DNA from: Heterodontus francisci
Lineage: Eukaryota
Length of the DNA stretch: 64,000 nucleotides
Direction: 5' to 3'
Assembly: GCF_036365525.1 (NCBI RefSeq)
Contig: NC_090417.1
Span: 2,342,832 to 2,406,831 of the forward strand
The notes beneath the pieces are model-generated. The model was not told the origin of the DNA and searched no databases. It saw only the letters and a list, made by a program, of their open reading frames with translations. This document shows, one piece after another, positions 48,540-60,660 of this stretch (positions within the stretch are counted from its first letter, which is position 1; every line of letters begins with the position of its first letter). The position numbers were made by a program, and so were the translations under genes.

Positions 48540-49550
48540 TAAAATATTACAAATTTACAGGAGGAAGGTATTTAGCCCGTCGTGTCTGTGCCAGCCAAAC
48601 GAAGGGCTATGCAGCCTAATCCCACTTCCCAGCTCTTGGTCCTGTAGGGTATGGCACTTCAAGTGCATATCCAAGTATTTTTAAAATGTTATGAGGGTTT
48701 CTGCCTCAACCACCTTTTCAGGCAGTGAGTTCCAGACCCCTCACCACCCTCTGGCTGAAAATTTCTCCTTAACTCCCCTCTAATGCTTGTGCCAATTACT
48801 GTGCCCCTGGTTATTGCCTATCTGCTAAGGGAAATAGGTCCTCCCTGTCCACTCTGTCTAGGCCCCTCATGATTTTATACACCTCAGTCAAATCTCCTCT
48901 CAGCCTCTGTTCCAAAGAAATCAAACCCCAGACTATCCAATCTCTTAGCTAAAATCTTCCAGTCCTGGCAATATCCTCATAAATCTCCTCTGTACCCTCT
49001 CAAATGTGATCACATCCCTCCTGTAATGTGACCAGAATTGTATGCAGTACTCTAGCTGTAGCCTAGCTAATGTTTTTATATAGTTCTTGTATAATGTCCC
49101 TGCTGTTATATTTTAATAAGGGAAGTATCCCATATGCCTTCTTCACCACCTTATCTAACTGTCCTGCTACCTTCAGGGATCTGTGGACATGCACTCCAAG
49201 GTCCCTCTGCTCCTCGACACTTCTCAGTATCCTACCATTTGAATGTGTATTCCTTTGCCTCTCCAAATGCGTTAACTCACATTTCTCTGGATTGAACTCC
49301 ATGTGCCACTTTTCTGTTCACATGACCAGTCCATTGATAACTTCCTGTAGTCTACTGCTTTCTTCCTTACTACCAACTATACGACCAATTTTTGTTTCAT
49401 CTGAAAACTTCTTAATTATGCCCCCTATGTTTTAAGTCTAAACCATTGATATTAACCATGAAAAGCAAGGGATCTAGTACTGAACTCTATGGAACCCCAC
49501 TGGAAACAGCCTTCCAGTCACAAAAACACCCATCAACTTCCTGGCATTGA
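48540..49550 (-). mobile_element. Degenerate CR1 3' portion
   Basis: ORF 49063-49302 (MEFNPEKCE...RDLGVHVHRSLK). Confidence 0.88.
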
Positions 49551-49739
49551 GCCTGACATCTGTGTAGTTAAGAGAGACAGTAAGGATCTTTCTGTTCACT
49601 CATTGCCATATGTCCCACTGACATGGTGCAGTATCTGTAGGTGAATCTGCTTGTACAGTTTGCCTCTGTAGATCCAAGCCCATTGCACATTGCAGTCTGA
49701 CGTAACGCAGAGACGTTGTACTTGAGACCTTTGCAGCTG

Positions 49740-49925
49740 AGAGAAAGAGCAAATCTTTTGTCTCAGCATTCTGGTTTGGATCTGAGCACAGGCTTGTATT
49801 TTTAGGTACTGTTCGAGCAAACAGAAGCCGCAACAATGAATTTGGAGAATATTGCACGAGATGATGTAATCTGCCTCCACCAGTTTGTGTGGATGCACAG
49901 TCGGTCAGTCCCTTGTCCAAGTGAT
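49740..49925 (+). pseudogene. Possible relic of a hAT transposase C-terminal dimerisation domain
   Basis: Broken frames read SAFWFG...FGEYCTR*...PVCVDAQ/RS...SK, resembling FW...P.xSVDAERSFSK. Confidence 0.25.
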
Positions 49926-50079
49926 AGCCTGCAGTTCTGAATTAGGCCTCTAGTTGGTGCTGTGCATCAAGATTTACTCACCTCAGACAAGGGAATAGCT
50001 TGAGTGTGACTGTCTCCGTCAGGATGGATACATGAGTTAAGTGTGCTATGCTTCAAGGATGTGACAAGCAGTTGTATAT

Positions 50080-50730
50080 GTGTGGATGTTACTAAAAACT
50101 AGTGGGCAGATAGAAAATCGAATTAAAAAGTTGAATGGTATGTTGGCCTTTATCTCACGAGGGGTGGTGATGGGTGGTGTGTTGAGGGCATCATATTACA
50201 CTTGTATAAAGCTGGTTAGACCACATCTAGAGTACTGCATCCAGTTCTGGGCACCACACCTCTGAAAGAATATATTAGCCTTGGAGGGAGTGCAGTGCAC
50301 ATTCACCAGAATTATCCTGGGGCAAAAAGGCTTAATTAATGAGGACGGGTCACACAGGGTCTGCTTGTAATCCTTCAAATGTAGAAGATTAAGGGGGAGT
50401 TTAATTGAAGTGTTGAAGATGATTAAAGTGTGTGACATTTTCTATCTATCTATTTCCTCAAGTTGGAGTTTGACCATGTAGCGGTGATGTCAGGATGCAC
50501 CGTTTCTCAAAAGGTAGTGGAAGCTGGAATTCTCTTGCTCCCAAAAAGCTTTTGAGGCTTTGGGTCAATTGAAAATTGCAAGAATAACATCAGTGGATTT
50601 TTGTGAGGCGAGAGTATTAAAGTCAAGGAATCAGAGTGGGTAATTAGAGTCGAGATACAGATCAGCCATGATCTAACTGAATGGCAGAACAGGTCCAAGG
50701 GGCTGAATGGCCACCTTCTGTTCCTGTGAG
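50080..50730 (+). mobile_element. Degenerate CR1 3' portion
   Basis: [17 protein letters not shown] and CR1 tail. Confidence 0.85.
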
Positions 50731-50929
50731 TGGATTAATGGGAAACAGCAGGGGAGGATGTGAGTGACTGAGAATAAAGAATTGGCAAATACATGTAAAT
50801 CTTGGTGAACTGGTGATGTAACTCAGTGAAACTTCAATCTGAGGCAGTCAGAACTCCCCAATTGTTGTCCTACTTTGTGTCTCATTCCCAGGATCTCTGA
50901 TCCTGTACGTTAAAAATTCTGCCAATGTG

Positions 50930-51590
50930 ATTGTTACATATCCACGCCATCACTCAGACTGTTTTTACCTCCGTGACATTGCCCAACTCCGCCCCTGCCT
51001 CAGCTTATCGGCTGCTGAAACCTTCATCCATGCTTTGGTTGTATCTAGACTTGACTATTCCAAAGCAATCCTGGCTGACCACCCACATTCCACCCTCCAT
51101 AAACACAAAGTCATCCAAAACCTGTGTCCTTACTTGAACCAAGTCCCATTCACCCATTATCCTTGCGCCACATTGGCTCCTGGTTAAGCAATGCCTCAAT
51201 TTTAAAATTCTCATCAATGTTTTCAAATTCCTCCATGACCTCTCCCCTCCCTATCTCTGTAATCTCCTCTGCCCCTACAACCATCTGAGATCTCTGCACT
51301 CCTCAAATTCTGGCCTCTTGAGCATCCATGATTTTAATGGCTCCACCATTGGTGGCTGTGGGTTCAGCTGCCAAAGCCCTAAGCTCTGGAATTCCCTTCC
51401 TCAACCTTCTCCATCTCTTTCCTCCGCTAAGCTGCTCCTTAAAACCTGTTGCTTTGACCAAGCTTTTGGTCAGTCGCCCTAGTATCTCCTATTGGAGCTT
51501 GGTATCAAATTTTGCTTTATAGTGATCCTGAGAAGCACCTTGGGATGTTTTTATTATGTTAAAAACACTATATAAATACAAGTTGCTGTT
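50930..51590 (+). mobile_element. L2 3' portion
   Basis: AAETFIHALVVSRLDYS and L2 3' end. Confidence 0.85.
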
Positions 51591-52556
51591 GTATAATGCT
51601 CACTGTCTATTTGTCTTGAAGGGCATTGATTTGTTGTTGCGGTTCATGTGTGGTTATTTTCCAAACTAATCTATATCAGTTGCTGCTGATACCACTCGAA
51701 AACATGTCATAAGAGCTGTAATGCTGGACTGCTCAACTGCCCAGCAGATTAGTCAGTGTCTTGATAAAATTGGTTCATATTTTGGTTGAGACCTTTTGAA
51801 TCCCACCTGCAAAGTTAGCACCTTGTTCGCTTTCACCTCTGGCTTTCTGAATGTGCATTTCTTAAAATGCATTCTCCGTGTTTCAGATTGGCAGTATTTG
51901 TAGGCTTTCTAAATTTCAGAAATTGAGATCTTCAAAAGCTCAGAGTCATTTTACCCCAACACCCTTGTCCACAGTTCTTCTAAAATATGAATTGGGCAGT
52001 TGGTCTGTTGTCAAAATTAGACATTTCCACCTGTGTGTTTAGAGGTATGGAGCAGAAGTTTCAATATTTGCTGTTTATGATACTTGAGAACCGAATCAAG
52101 TGCTGGTCGCCCCGCCTCATAACGTGCTCTGTTTACAGAGAGACTTGTGTTTATATAGTGGCGTGTCAGCTCCCTAGGGAATTGCCTCAAACTCTTGGCG
52201 TACACTTGAGTGTCTTTGAAAACTGCTGTTCTGTTGGCAACTGATCTTTCTTTCTAACACGTTCCCAGATTCCATCCAGAACATCTTCAAACATTTGTCA
52301 GTTTAGCAGGAGCAGATGATTGAGGCGCTGTTTTATTCAGGTAGCTGTCAACATTCAATGCTAACTTCAGATTGCTTCACTAACCAAATACAGATTGATG
52401 TGTGAAGTAGCGAATAGAGGCAGGTCGCCGCTACTCTCCCCATCACCATCCGCTCCCCCCCCCCCCCCCCCCCCAAACAAACGACTCTGATTCTAAATGC
52501 GGGTCGCCCTACTTCATTGATATGTGTAAAAGATCTGGAGGAACGTCTCTGAAGAC

Positions 52557-52790
52557 GGTGCCTGGAGCTGATTGTGTGGGGTTGGTGGAGGGACTTCCTT
52601 GGTGGAGGCGCTGTCCCTGGTTCTGTGGTGCTGAAAGAACGTGGCTGCAGACGGTGTGTGGGGTTGGTGGAGGGACCTCGTTGTCCCTGGTTTTGTGGTG
52701 CCTGGAGATGACTGTGTGGGGCTGGTGAAGGGACCTCCTTGAGGCACTGTCCCTGGTTCTGTGGTGCTGAATCCGCACTGGTGCCGGTGT
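52557..52790. repeat. Imperfect G/T-rich tandem repeat (~60-85 bp x3) upstream of the PKG-Ibeta exon
   Basis: Blocks tgtgtggggttggtggagggac and tgtccctggttctgtggtgc each occur three times. Confidence 0.8.
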
Positions 52791-53493
52791 CCTGGCTTCA
52801 GAAGTCTTCACTGCGCTGTGCAAACATACACTCGGTAGCAACAACTCCGCACCACGCCCCACCCCTTCCTTCTCTTCAGAGCCAGGGCTGCTTCATTCAT
52901 TCTCAGTTCTATTCAATCACACTCCAATCCTGTTTTTTTAAACAAGCTTCGAAACGCTGTCACGATGTTGTTCATTTAGAAGATCCCCGTTAACCTGTTC
53001 CAAGCTCTTGTAATCGGAGCACGTCCCATCCCAAGACAATCATTGATTTCCTCGCTTTTTATTTAACCTATTACTGAGCCTGTCTTTTCAGTTGGGGAGG
53101 ATCAGTCTGGGAGTGGAGTACATGGTGAAAAGTGTGTGTTCGACCGGAGCCATCTCACTGGTTGGGGTCCACTCCTCATCCCAAGAGGATTTTCATTGAA
53201 GTTTTTGACCGACTCCGGGATTCCTGCTGGAACGAAGGTCACCAGTGGGTTTGAGAAGCTCTATGGAGTTGCAAGGAAGGAGTTGCCTGATTTCCCAAGG
53301 AAGGTGCCAGGGATGGTTCGAGGCGACACTCTGAAGATAATCTAAGATCTGCAGAAGGAATCGGGCTGAGAATGTTGCGAGATGCTCAGTAATTCGGCTC
53401 GAAAACTGGCCAGAGCTCGGCGCATGGTTGGCGGAAAGTAGGAGCCGTTCTTTCTCCGCTCGAGTTTGGTGTGTGTGCGGATTAACGGGCGAG

Positions 53494-53807
53494 ATGGGGA
53501 CACTGCGTGACCTGCAGTACGCCCTCCAGGAAAAGATAGAGGAGCTGAGGCAAAGGGACGCGCTGATCGACGAACTGGAACTGGAGCTGGACCAGAAGGA
53601 CGAGCTGATCCTGAAACTACAAACCGAGCTGGATAAGTACCGTTCGGTGCTGCGACCGGCCGGTCAGCCAACGGGGCAGACCGAGGCGAGCAGCCAACTG
53701 CAGGAGCAACAGCGGACCAAGAGGCAGGCCATCTCGGCAGAGCCCACCGCCTTGGACATCCAAGATATCAGCCACGTCACCCTGTCCAGCTACTCCAAGA
53801 GTGCACA
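53494..53807 (+). CDS. prkg1: cGMP-dependent protein kinase I, beta-type first coding exon; rest of the gene not found in this window
   Basis: [39 protein letters not shown]...[11 protein letters not shown]...; Kozak GAGATGG; donor CA|GTAAGT in phase 2. Confidence 0.96.
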
Positions 53808-54589
53808 GTAAGTTGGAGCCAACTCTCGGCCTCCACTGACGCCGCCTTTAAACTTGGGGTAAAGTCTCTGAGCGAGTTTTGCCATCCCATTTTGCGCCAT
53901 TTCCAACATGTGCTAGTGACAAACCATGTGTGTGTATATGTGAGAGGATGCAGTAGTGGCCACGTGATAAAGGATCCCATTTTCATCCCTTCCAGCTGCT
54001 AATAGGACACAATCTTTTCCCACCGACACTACCTGGATGGCTGAGCATGATTTACGTGGCACCTTTGCAGCACTGATGGCCAGCTGGCCAATCTGGGGAG
54101 GGCAAGGGTGGCTACAAATTTAGCAGGCCATCCACAGAGTCAAGTTGGGTGGAGGACCCAAAAGGGGAGGGGCGAGGTGGTGGGTTAAGGAGGTCAGGCA
54201 ACAGGCAGCGGCATTAATTAAGGTGCAGAAAGTAATCGTGCCCAACATGCCTTCATCCCCCTCCACACCCAATTTCCCCACAACCCTGAATGTTGGCCTT
54301 TTCTAAGGCGCCTCCCAGGGGTCCCTTTTAAGGCCATGAGTTTGGCTGCATTGTGTCAATGAGTGGATCATGCAGCGTCTGAGTGCCACCTGTTTTAACT
54401 GGAAAGTGGCATCATAGTCTGATCTCTGTCATAGGCCCTGCTTTGTAAATAGAAATTGGGCTCTCGTCTGTCTCTGCCAGAAGACCGAGTTGCCTAATTC
54501 AAGGCTGTGCACAAGAAGGCAGCAAGGACATTAAGAAAACTATCTTCATGGGGTCAAGAACCAATTGGTTGTGTTTCTGGAGGGGCGAG

Positions 54590-54930
54590 TGATTGCAAGA
54601 TCAGGATATCAAGGCTTTGGAGAATGCAGAGGAGATTGTTAGCTGGGGTTTGACTTGTGTGGAGCTGGGATTGTTCTCCTTGGGGCAGAGAAGGTTAAAG
54701 GGAAATTTAATGGAGATGTTCAGAATTCAAGGGTTTTGATAGAGTAGGCTTAGGGAAACTGTTTGCATATTTAAGATAATTGGCACAGGAGCAGGGGGAA
54801 GATGAGAATTTTTTTTTTTGCACAAAGAGTTATGATCTGGAATGCATGGCCTGAAAGGGGCAGTGGAAGCAGATTCAATAGTAGCTTTAAAAAGGGATTT
54901 GAATGTATACTTGAAGAGGAAAAAAACTGC
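54590..54930 (+). mobile_element. Degenerate CR1 fragment
   Basis: ctgggattgttctccttggggcagagaaggttaa...tggaatgca...gaagcagattcaatagtagc. Confidence 0.7.
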
Positions 54931-56259
54931 GGGGCACAGCTGGCATTGGCATGGTGAGGCTTTCTTTTATCTTTTTTTTTTAAAGTTGGTCTGTTGAGGA
55001 AATTGGGCTTTTTTTTCCTGTTCTAAAAGTTTTTGTTTTTATGTTCACACAAAGAAACTTCTACATAACAAAAGCACCCACAGCTCCCCCGTCAGTGCCG
55101 GAGCTGAGAGACGCGAACAAGATTGGTTCCATTGAATTCCTCCATCAAGACCACAGTGACACTTTCACCAGGAGCTAATATTTCGTTTTGCATCATCTCT
55201 TTTTTTTAAAAAAAAAATCTGGCACTTAAGAGCTCAATACTGGATATATGGTATAAAGAGTAGATGCAAACCCCAATGACACTCCATAGTCTCCTCACCA
55301 GTGAATTCGGGATTACTTATGTTTATAAACCTGGGCATAAGACTTTGGTGTTCCCTCTAACACTTCACGCTGGCAGCAGATGTGAGCAGGTTATCTGGAG
55401 ACTTCCTGAGTTGGAACCACAAATTCAGCTGATGCCGATCTAAAGCTGAACCAACAGCACACGTAGAGCTGATGGGGAGATTCTGTGGAGTTCAGCAGGA
55501 AAATATACATAGGGATAGGAGGAGGCCATTCAGTTAGATCATGGATGATTTGCATCTCAATTCCGTTGACCTGCCTTGATTCCATAACCCTTAATACTCT
55601 TGTCAAGCAAAAATATATTGATCTCCATTTTTTTTTCCCAGTTGATCTAGCCATGGCTTTTTTGGGCGGGTGAGTTGCTGCAGCTTTCCACTTTGTGTAA
55701 AGATAATTTGTTTAATGAGCCCTTGCTCATCTCAACTCTGAGCCTCATTGGGGTGGAGGGGGTGTGAAATGTTTGAGGTTAAACCTTGGATTTAAGAAAC
55801 GTTTTCATTTTTATCTAAATTTTCATACTTCTTGGGAGAAACATCAGTAGGAATTGTGGAGTGTATTTCCACTGAAAGGATGTCACACATGATTCTGACT
55901 GAATTTTTTCAGTTGGAAGAACGTCAAAAACACTTTTTTCCTTTTCATTTAAAAACCTAGCATAAGTGCGACAAAAATAATGTGCCAGACATGACTATGT
56001 TTGTGAAGAGGCTGAACCTCACTTGTGAGATGACTATCTCGCATGCGACTATATCAGTCAGGAGTTAACAGGTCAGTCTGCTATAGAGATAGTATCCATG
56101 ACTGTGGCTGACTCTGGTGTTGCTTCGTGTCTCCTATTTGCTGCAGAGATGTTCTGACGGTCACTTTCTTCCCCCCCTCTCCCCCGCCCCCCCCCAAATT
56201 TATGTACACAGTACCAAAATGTCTCATATCAAAGTTACGAATTATATCCTATCTGATTG

Positions 56260-56965
56260 TGGCAAAGGTGAACTATCTCTCCTGATCCTTCTTTAACTGT
56301 TTACAACCTTTGACTTAGTTGACCACGCCATCATCCTTCAATGCTTCCACTATCGTCCAGGTGGGTGGGGCTGCATTCACCTGGTTCCATTCGTATCTGT
56401 GCAGTCATAGCCAGAAAATCACCTGCAATGGCTCTGTTCCTGTTCCCGTACCATTGCCTCTGGTGCCGCAAAGGATCTACTCTTGAGCCGCTTCCAATTT
56501 CTCATCTACTTGCCGCCTTTTGGCGACACCATCTGAAAACTCACTTAACTCTACCTCACCACCAGCTCTCTTGACCCCCTCCACTGGTCCTAAATTGTCA
56601 GACTGTTTGTTTGACATCCGATACTGGATGAGCAGAAGTTTCCTCCAACTAAATGTTGGGAAGAGCAAAGCCATTGTCGTGAGTCCCTGCCGCATCTTTT
56701 CCCTGGAAACTCTGATGCTGAACCAAACTGTTCGAAACTTGGTGTAATATTTGACCCCAAGGTGAGATTCTGACCACACATCCACGCTATCACTAGGATA
56801 AACTATTTCCACCTCAGTAATGTCACCCTCTGCTCCCACTTCAACCCATCTGCTGCTGAAACCCGCATCCATGCCTTTGTTACCTCTAGACATGACTATT
56901 ACAGCCCACTTCTAGCCGAACTCCCATTTCTATCCTTCGCAAACTTGAGGTCATCTAAAGCTCTG
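56260..56965 (+). mobile_element. Degenerate L2 RT portion
   Basis: LSDCLFDIRYWMSRSFLQLNVGKSKAI; VRNL. Confidence 0.8.
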
Positions 56966-57650
56966 CGCTCAGAGGAGGAGAAGGAAGGGGAAAGGTTTGA
57001 AGTAAGAGCTGGAGTTCAGTTACTGACTTTTGGGTTTGATCTAAAGTCTTTGATTGCAGTTGTCTTGCAGTTCTCGTTGGGGCCCAGTGCACACTTTCAA
57101 ACTTGTTTAGCTGCAGGAGTCTTCTCTCTTGAGGTTTGAGTGGCTTCTGTTGGTCCCTGGAATTTCGTGAGTGAGAGAGAGGGAGACAGGAAGAGACCTT
57201 CCTTCTCTGTTGTCTTCAAATGGCAGTCTCTTCTCAGACTGTTCTGTGTGCACAATTCAAACAACTCCAAGTTGGCCAGCCGGTTAGTCATGTAACTAAC
57301 TCTTTCTTTGGAACAACCTCTCCTGCAGTTTGAGCATTTCAAAGCTTACTAATGCACTCGGTGGGATGGGGCTGGGGGCTGGGGGCGGGTGGTGGCGGGG
57401 TGTTGAGTGCTGTCTCTTACACAGATAAGATGTGGATCATCACTCTTGCCCAGACCAATCTTTGTTCATTGAATCAGTGAGCAGTTCCATTGTCTCTCTT
57501 CTTCAACTGTCTTTTAGAATGCAAAATGTGCAGCCATGTTTCAGTGGTCTTTTACACCGTTGTTTTTTTTCAGTTCAGTAACAGTTTAAATTAATGTTCT
57601 GTATGACAAAATTAATGTCTCATTTTGGCAGGTGTGGTTTTCAGGACACA
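56965..57650 (-). mobile_element. Possible partial LTR
   Basis: Composition and motifs (agtcatgtaact, GA-rich block, terminal ACA) resemble 33788-34722; interrupts L2. Confidence 0.35.
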
Positions 57651-58199
57651 TTACTGTTTGTGGGAGCTTGTTATGTGTAAATTGGCGTACACATTTCCCG
57701 CATTACAACAGTGACTACACTTCAAAAAGTACATCATTGACTGTAAAGTGCTTTGGAACATCCTGAGGTCGTGAAATATACTATATACATACAAAAATGT
57801 CTTTTTTTTAACTATGTACGGATGCCCTGGAGAGTACACATTGGGAGATGGCCAGGTACAGGGAGACTAAAACCTCAGAGGGTTCATGTAGCTAGCTGAC
57901 TTGTTAGTGTACAGAAGCCCTAGGAATTCACAAAGGGACCCCCATGTGGTACTTCAGGTGTTGGTGCCTTCCAGATACTGCATTTACATTCCGTTCAGGA
58001 AGAGGAGTATAAAGGAACGTTATTGTGGAAATGACAGGGTTAAATGTACTTTTTAATTAATTTATAACTATTTCTTATGTACCAGCCAGCTGTCTCCAAA
58101 AAATGCTGGAGTGTCAACATTGTAAGAGTTGCATGTAGAACAAGCACTTAACCTTGTAGTTGGATTATTTGTCAATTACGAACCACTTACAATCATAAA

Positions 58200-58505
58200 G
58201 AATTTGCATTTTGTTAGCGCTTTTCATGAACTTGGGATGTCCCAAAGTGTTTTAAACCAAAGGAATACTTTTGAAATGTAGGAACTGTTGTAATGTAGGA
58301 AACATGGCAGGCAAGTTGCGCACAGCAAGCTCCCACAAACAGCGATGTGAGAATGACCAGATAATCTGTTTTTGTGATTTTGAGTGAGAGATAAATATTG
58401 GCCAGACACTCAGGAGAATTCCCCTACTCTTCTTTGGAATAATGCCATGGGATCATTTACATCCACTTGAGAGAGTAGATGCGGCTTGCTTAAACATCTC
58501 ATCTG
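58200..58505 (-). mobile_element. SacSINE1-like Deu-SINE, partial
   Basis: Reverse complement similar to 28890-29170. Confidence 0.75.
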
Positions 58506-59934
58506 AAATTACTAGCATGTATTGAGCAACTAAGTTAATTTCAAACATTTTCTTTAAAAGTGTGAAACATGAAGGAAGTGCCTGAAGGTTCCAGTCAGTG
58601 GGTGTGTTGCAGCCTTATCCTTTGCCAATGCCCATCAGTTCTTGGCATGGGGGTGAACTGGGGTGGAGGGTCAGACAGAACTGATGGTTGGGAATCACCA
58701 GTGAGACTTAAATGTCCACCTGATGGATGTTCTCGCATGGCTGTTTGTAAAAGAGTCAAAAATGGAGTTGCATTCATTTGGAACATGTTAGCCATCTCCT
58801 TGGCCTTGTGTATAGAGGCATCCCCCGCTGTATTACTGAGCTGTAACAGACCAGCAGTTTCCCGGTTCCATCCCAGACCTGGTATTAAGCTGAAGTAGGA
58901 ATTGGCCTCAGCAGCTCTCGGTGAGGAGGGGTCGAATCTTCGAGGGAATCCTGCCCTGTGTCTGGGACCCCTACTGGAAAAGCGCATGTGTGTGTGTGCT
59001 GTGCAAACCCAGTTGTTGTGTCTGCCACGATCACACTCACTATCTCTGTTCACACTTGACATGGGCAAGGTCCCTGAGGGGTGTGTGTCCCTGTGGAACT
59101 GCACCTCAGCTTGGACAAAAGGGGAGAAAATTATAGGGGGAGAGCTTGTGGTTTTCACTTGTTCCTTCTGCACACTCTGGCAATCCAATATGTCATTGTA
59201 GTTACTATGGATACACTTGTGCATTAAATAGAGCACATTCACTCCAAAGCTTAAAAGCTTTCTCTATTGAAAACAATTGAGATCATAAATATCCATGCGC
59301 AAGATTAGTTTGAAGTATCTGAGGTTTGGGAGAAGGTTCTCTTTTCATCTAAAATATATTAAACAAGACATGAACTTTCAGCAACAAATAAGCATCATAT
59401 GTTTTGAAGTTCTTCTGCCCCTTTTGCTATTTTCTCCTTCTGTCCTAATGCACTGGAGCTTGCAGCTCCCCCGACACCTTACCCCAAGTGCTCACTGTTG
59501 GCGTATGAACCTGAACAGAAAACATCCCTCCTAACCTCATCCCATATCCACACATGCACACTGGGGGTCAGTAGATAGTGCACAGAGTTACGAATCCTGG
59601 TGATCTTACTCTTTTTAAAACAAGGAGGCTGAGGGCCATTGCAGCAGCCTTACTAATATTCTGATCTAAGGTTGATCTCTCTCCCTCTGGCTTGTAGCAT
59701 TCCTTGACCAAAAACACATCTGCACAACAGGCCTGTATTGATGCATGGTCCTCAAAGGGTGTTCCAACATGATGTAGGAAGACTTGTATTCCTTTGGTTT
59801 CTTTTCTCTCCCTGCCTTCCCAGAGAGGATTCAACTGGCCCTCAATTGGCACCTCTGCTCAGTGCCATGGCTTAACTAGTTTCTGTAATCATCAATTTGC
59901 ATCCAGCCACTCCTTCATAATAAAAAAGAGCATC

Positions 59935-60660
59935 ATTTGGATTCATTGAGTTATACAGCACAGAAACAGGCCCTTCGGCCCATCGTGTCCGTGCCGGCCA
60001 TCAAGCACCTAACTATTCTAATCCCATTTTCCAGCACTTGGCCTGTAGCCTTGTATGCTATGACGTTTCAAGTGCTCATCTAAATACTACTTAAATGTTT
60101 TAAGGTTTCCTACCTCTACCACCCCTTCAGGCAGTGCGTTCCAGATTCCAACCACCCTCTATGTGAAAAAGTTCTTCCTCAAATCCTCTCTAAACCTCCT
60201 TTCCTTCACCTTAAAACTATGCCCCCTGGTTATTGACCCCTCTGCTAAGGGAAAAAGTCTCTTCCAATCTAACCTATCAATGCCCCTCATAATTTTGGAT
60301 ACCTCAATCATATCTCCCCTCAGCCTTCTCTGTTCTATGGAAAACAACCTTTCGCCTATCCATTCTCTCTTCATAGATGAAATGCTCCAGCCCAGGCAAC
60401 ATCCTGGTGAATCTCCTATGCACCCTCTCCAGTGCAATCACATCCTTCCTATAGTGTGGTGCCCAGAACTGTACACAGTACTCCAGCTGTGGCCTAACTA
60501 GCATTTTATACAGCCCCATCATAATCTCCCTGCTCTTATCTTCTATGCCTTGGCTAATAAAGGCAAGTATCCCGTATGCCTTCCTAACCACCTTATCTAC
60601 CTGTGCTGCTGCCTTCAGTGATCTATTGACAAGTACACCAAGGTCCCTCTGACCTTGTGC
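59935..60660 (-). mobile_element. CR1 3' portion
   Basis: ORFs 60304-60675 and 60159-60437; tail at 59940. Confidence 0.9.
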
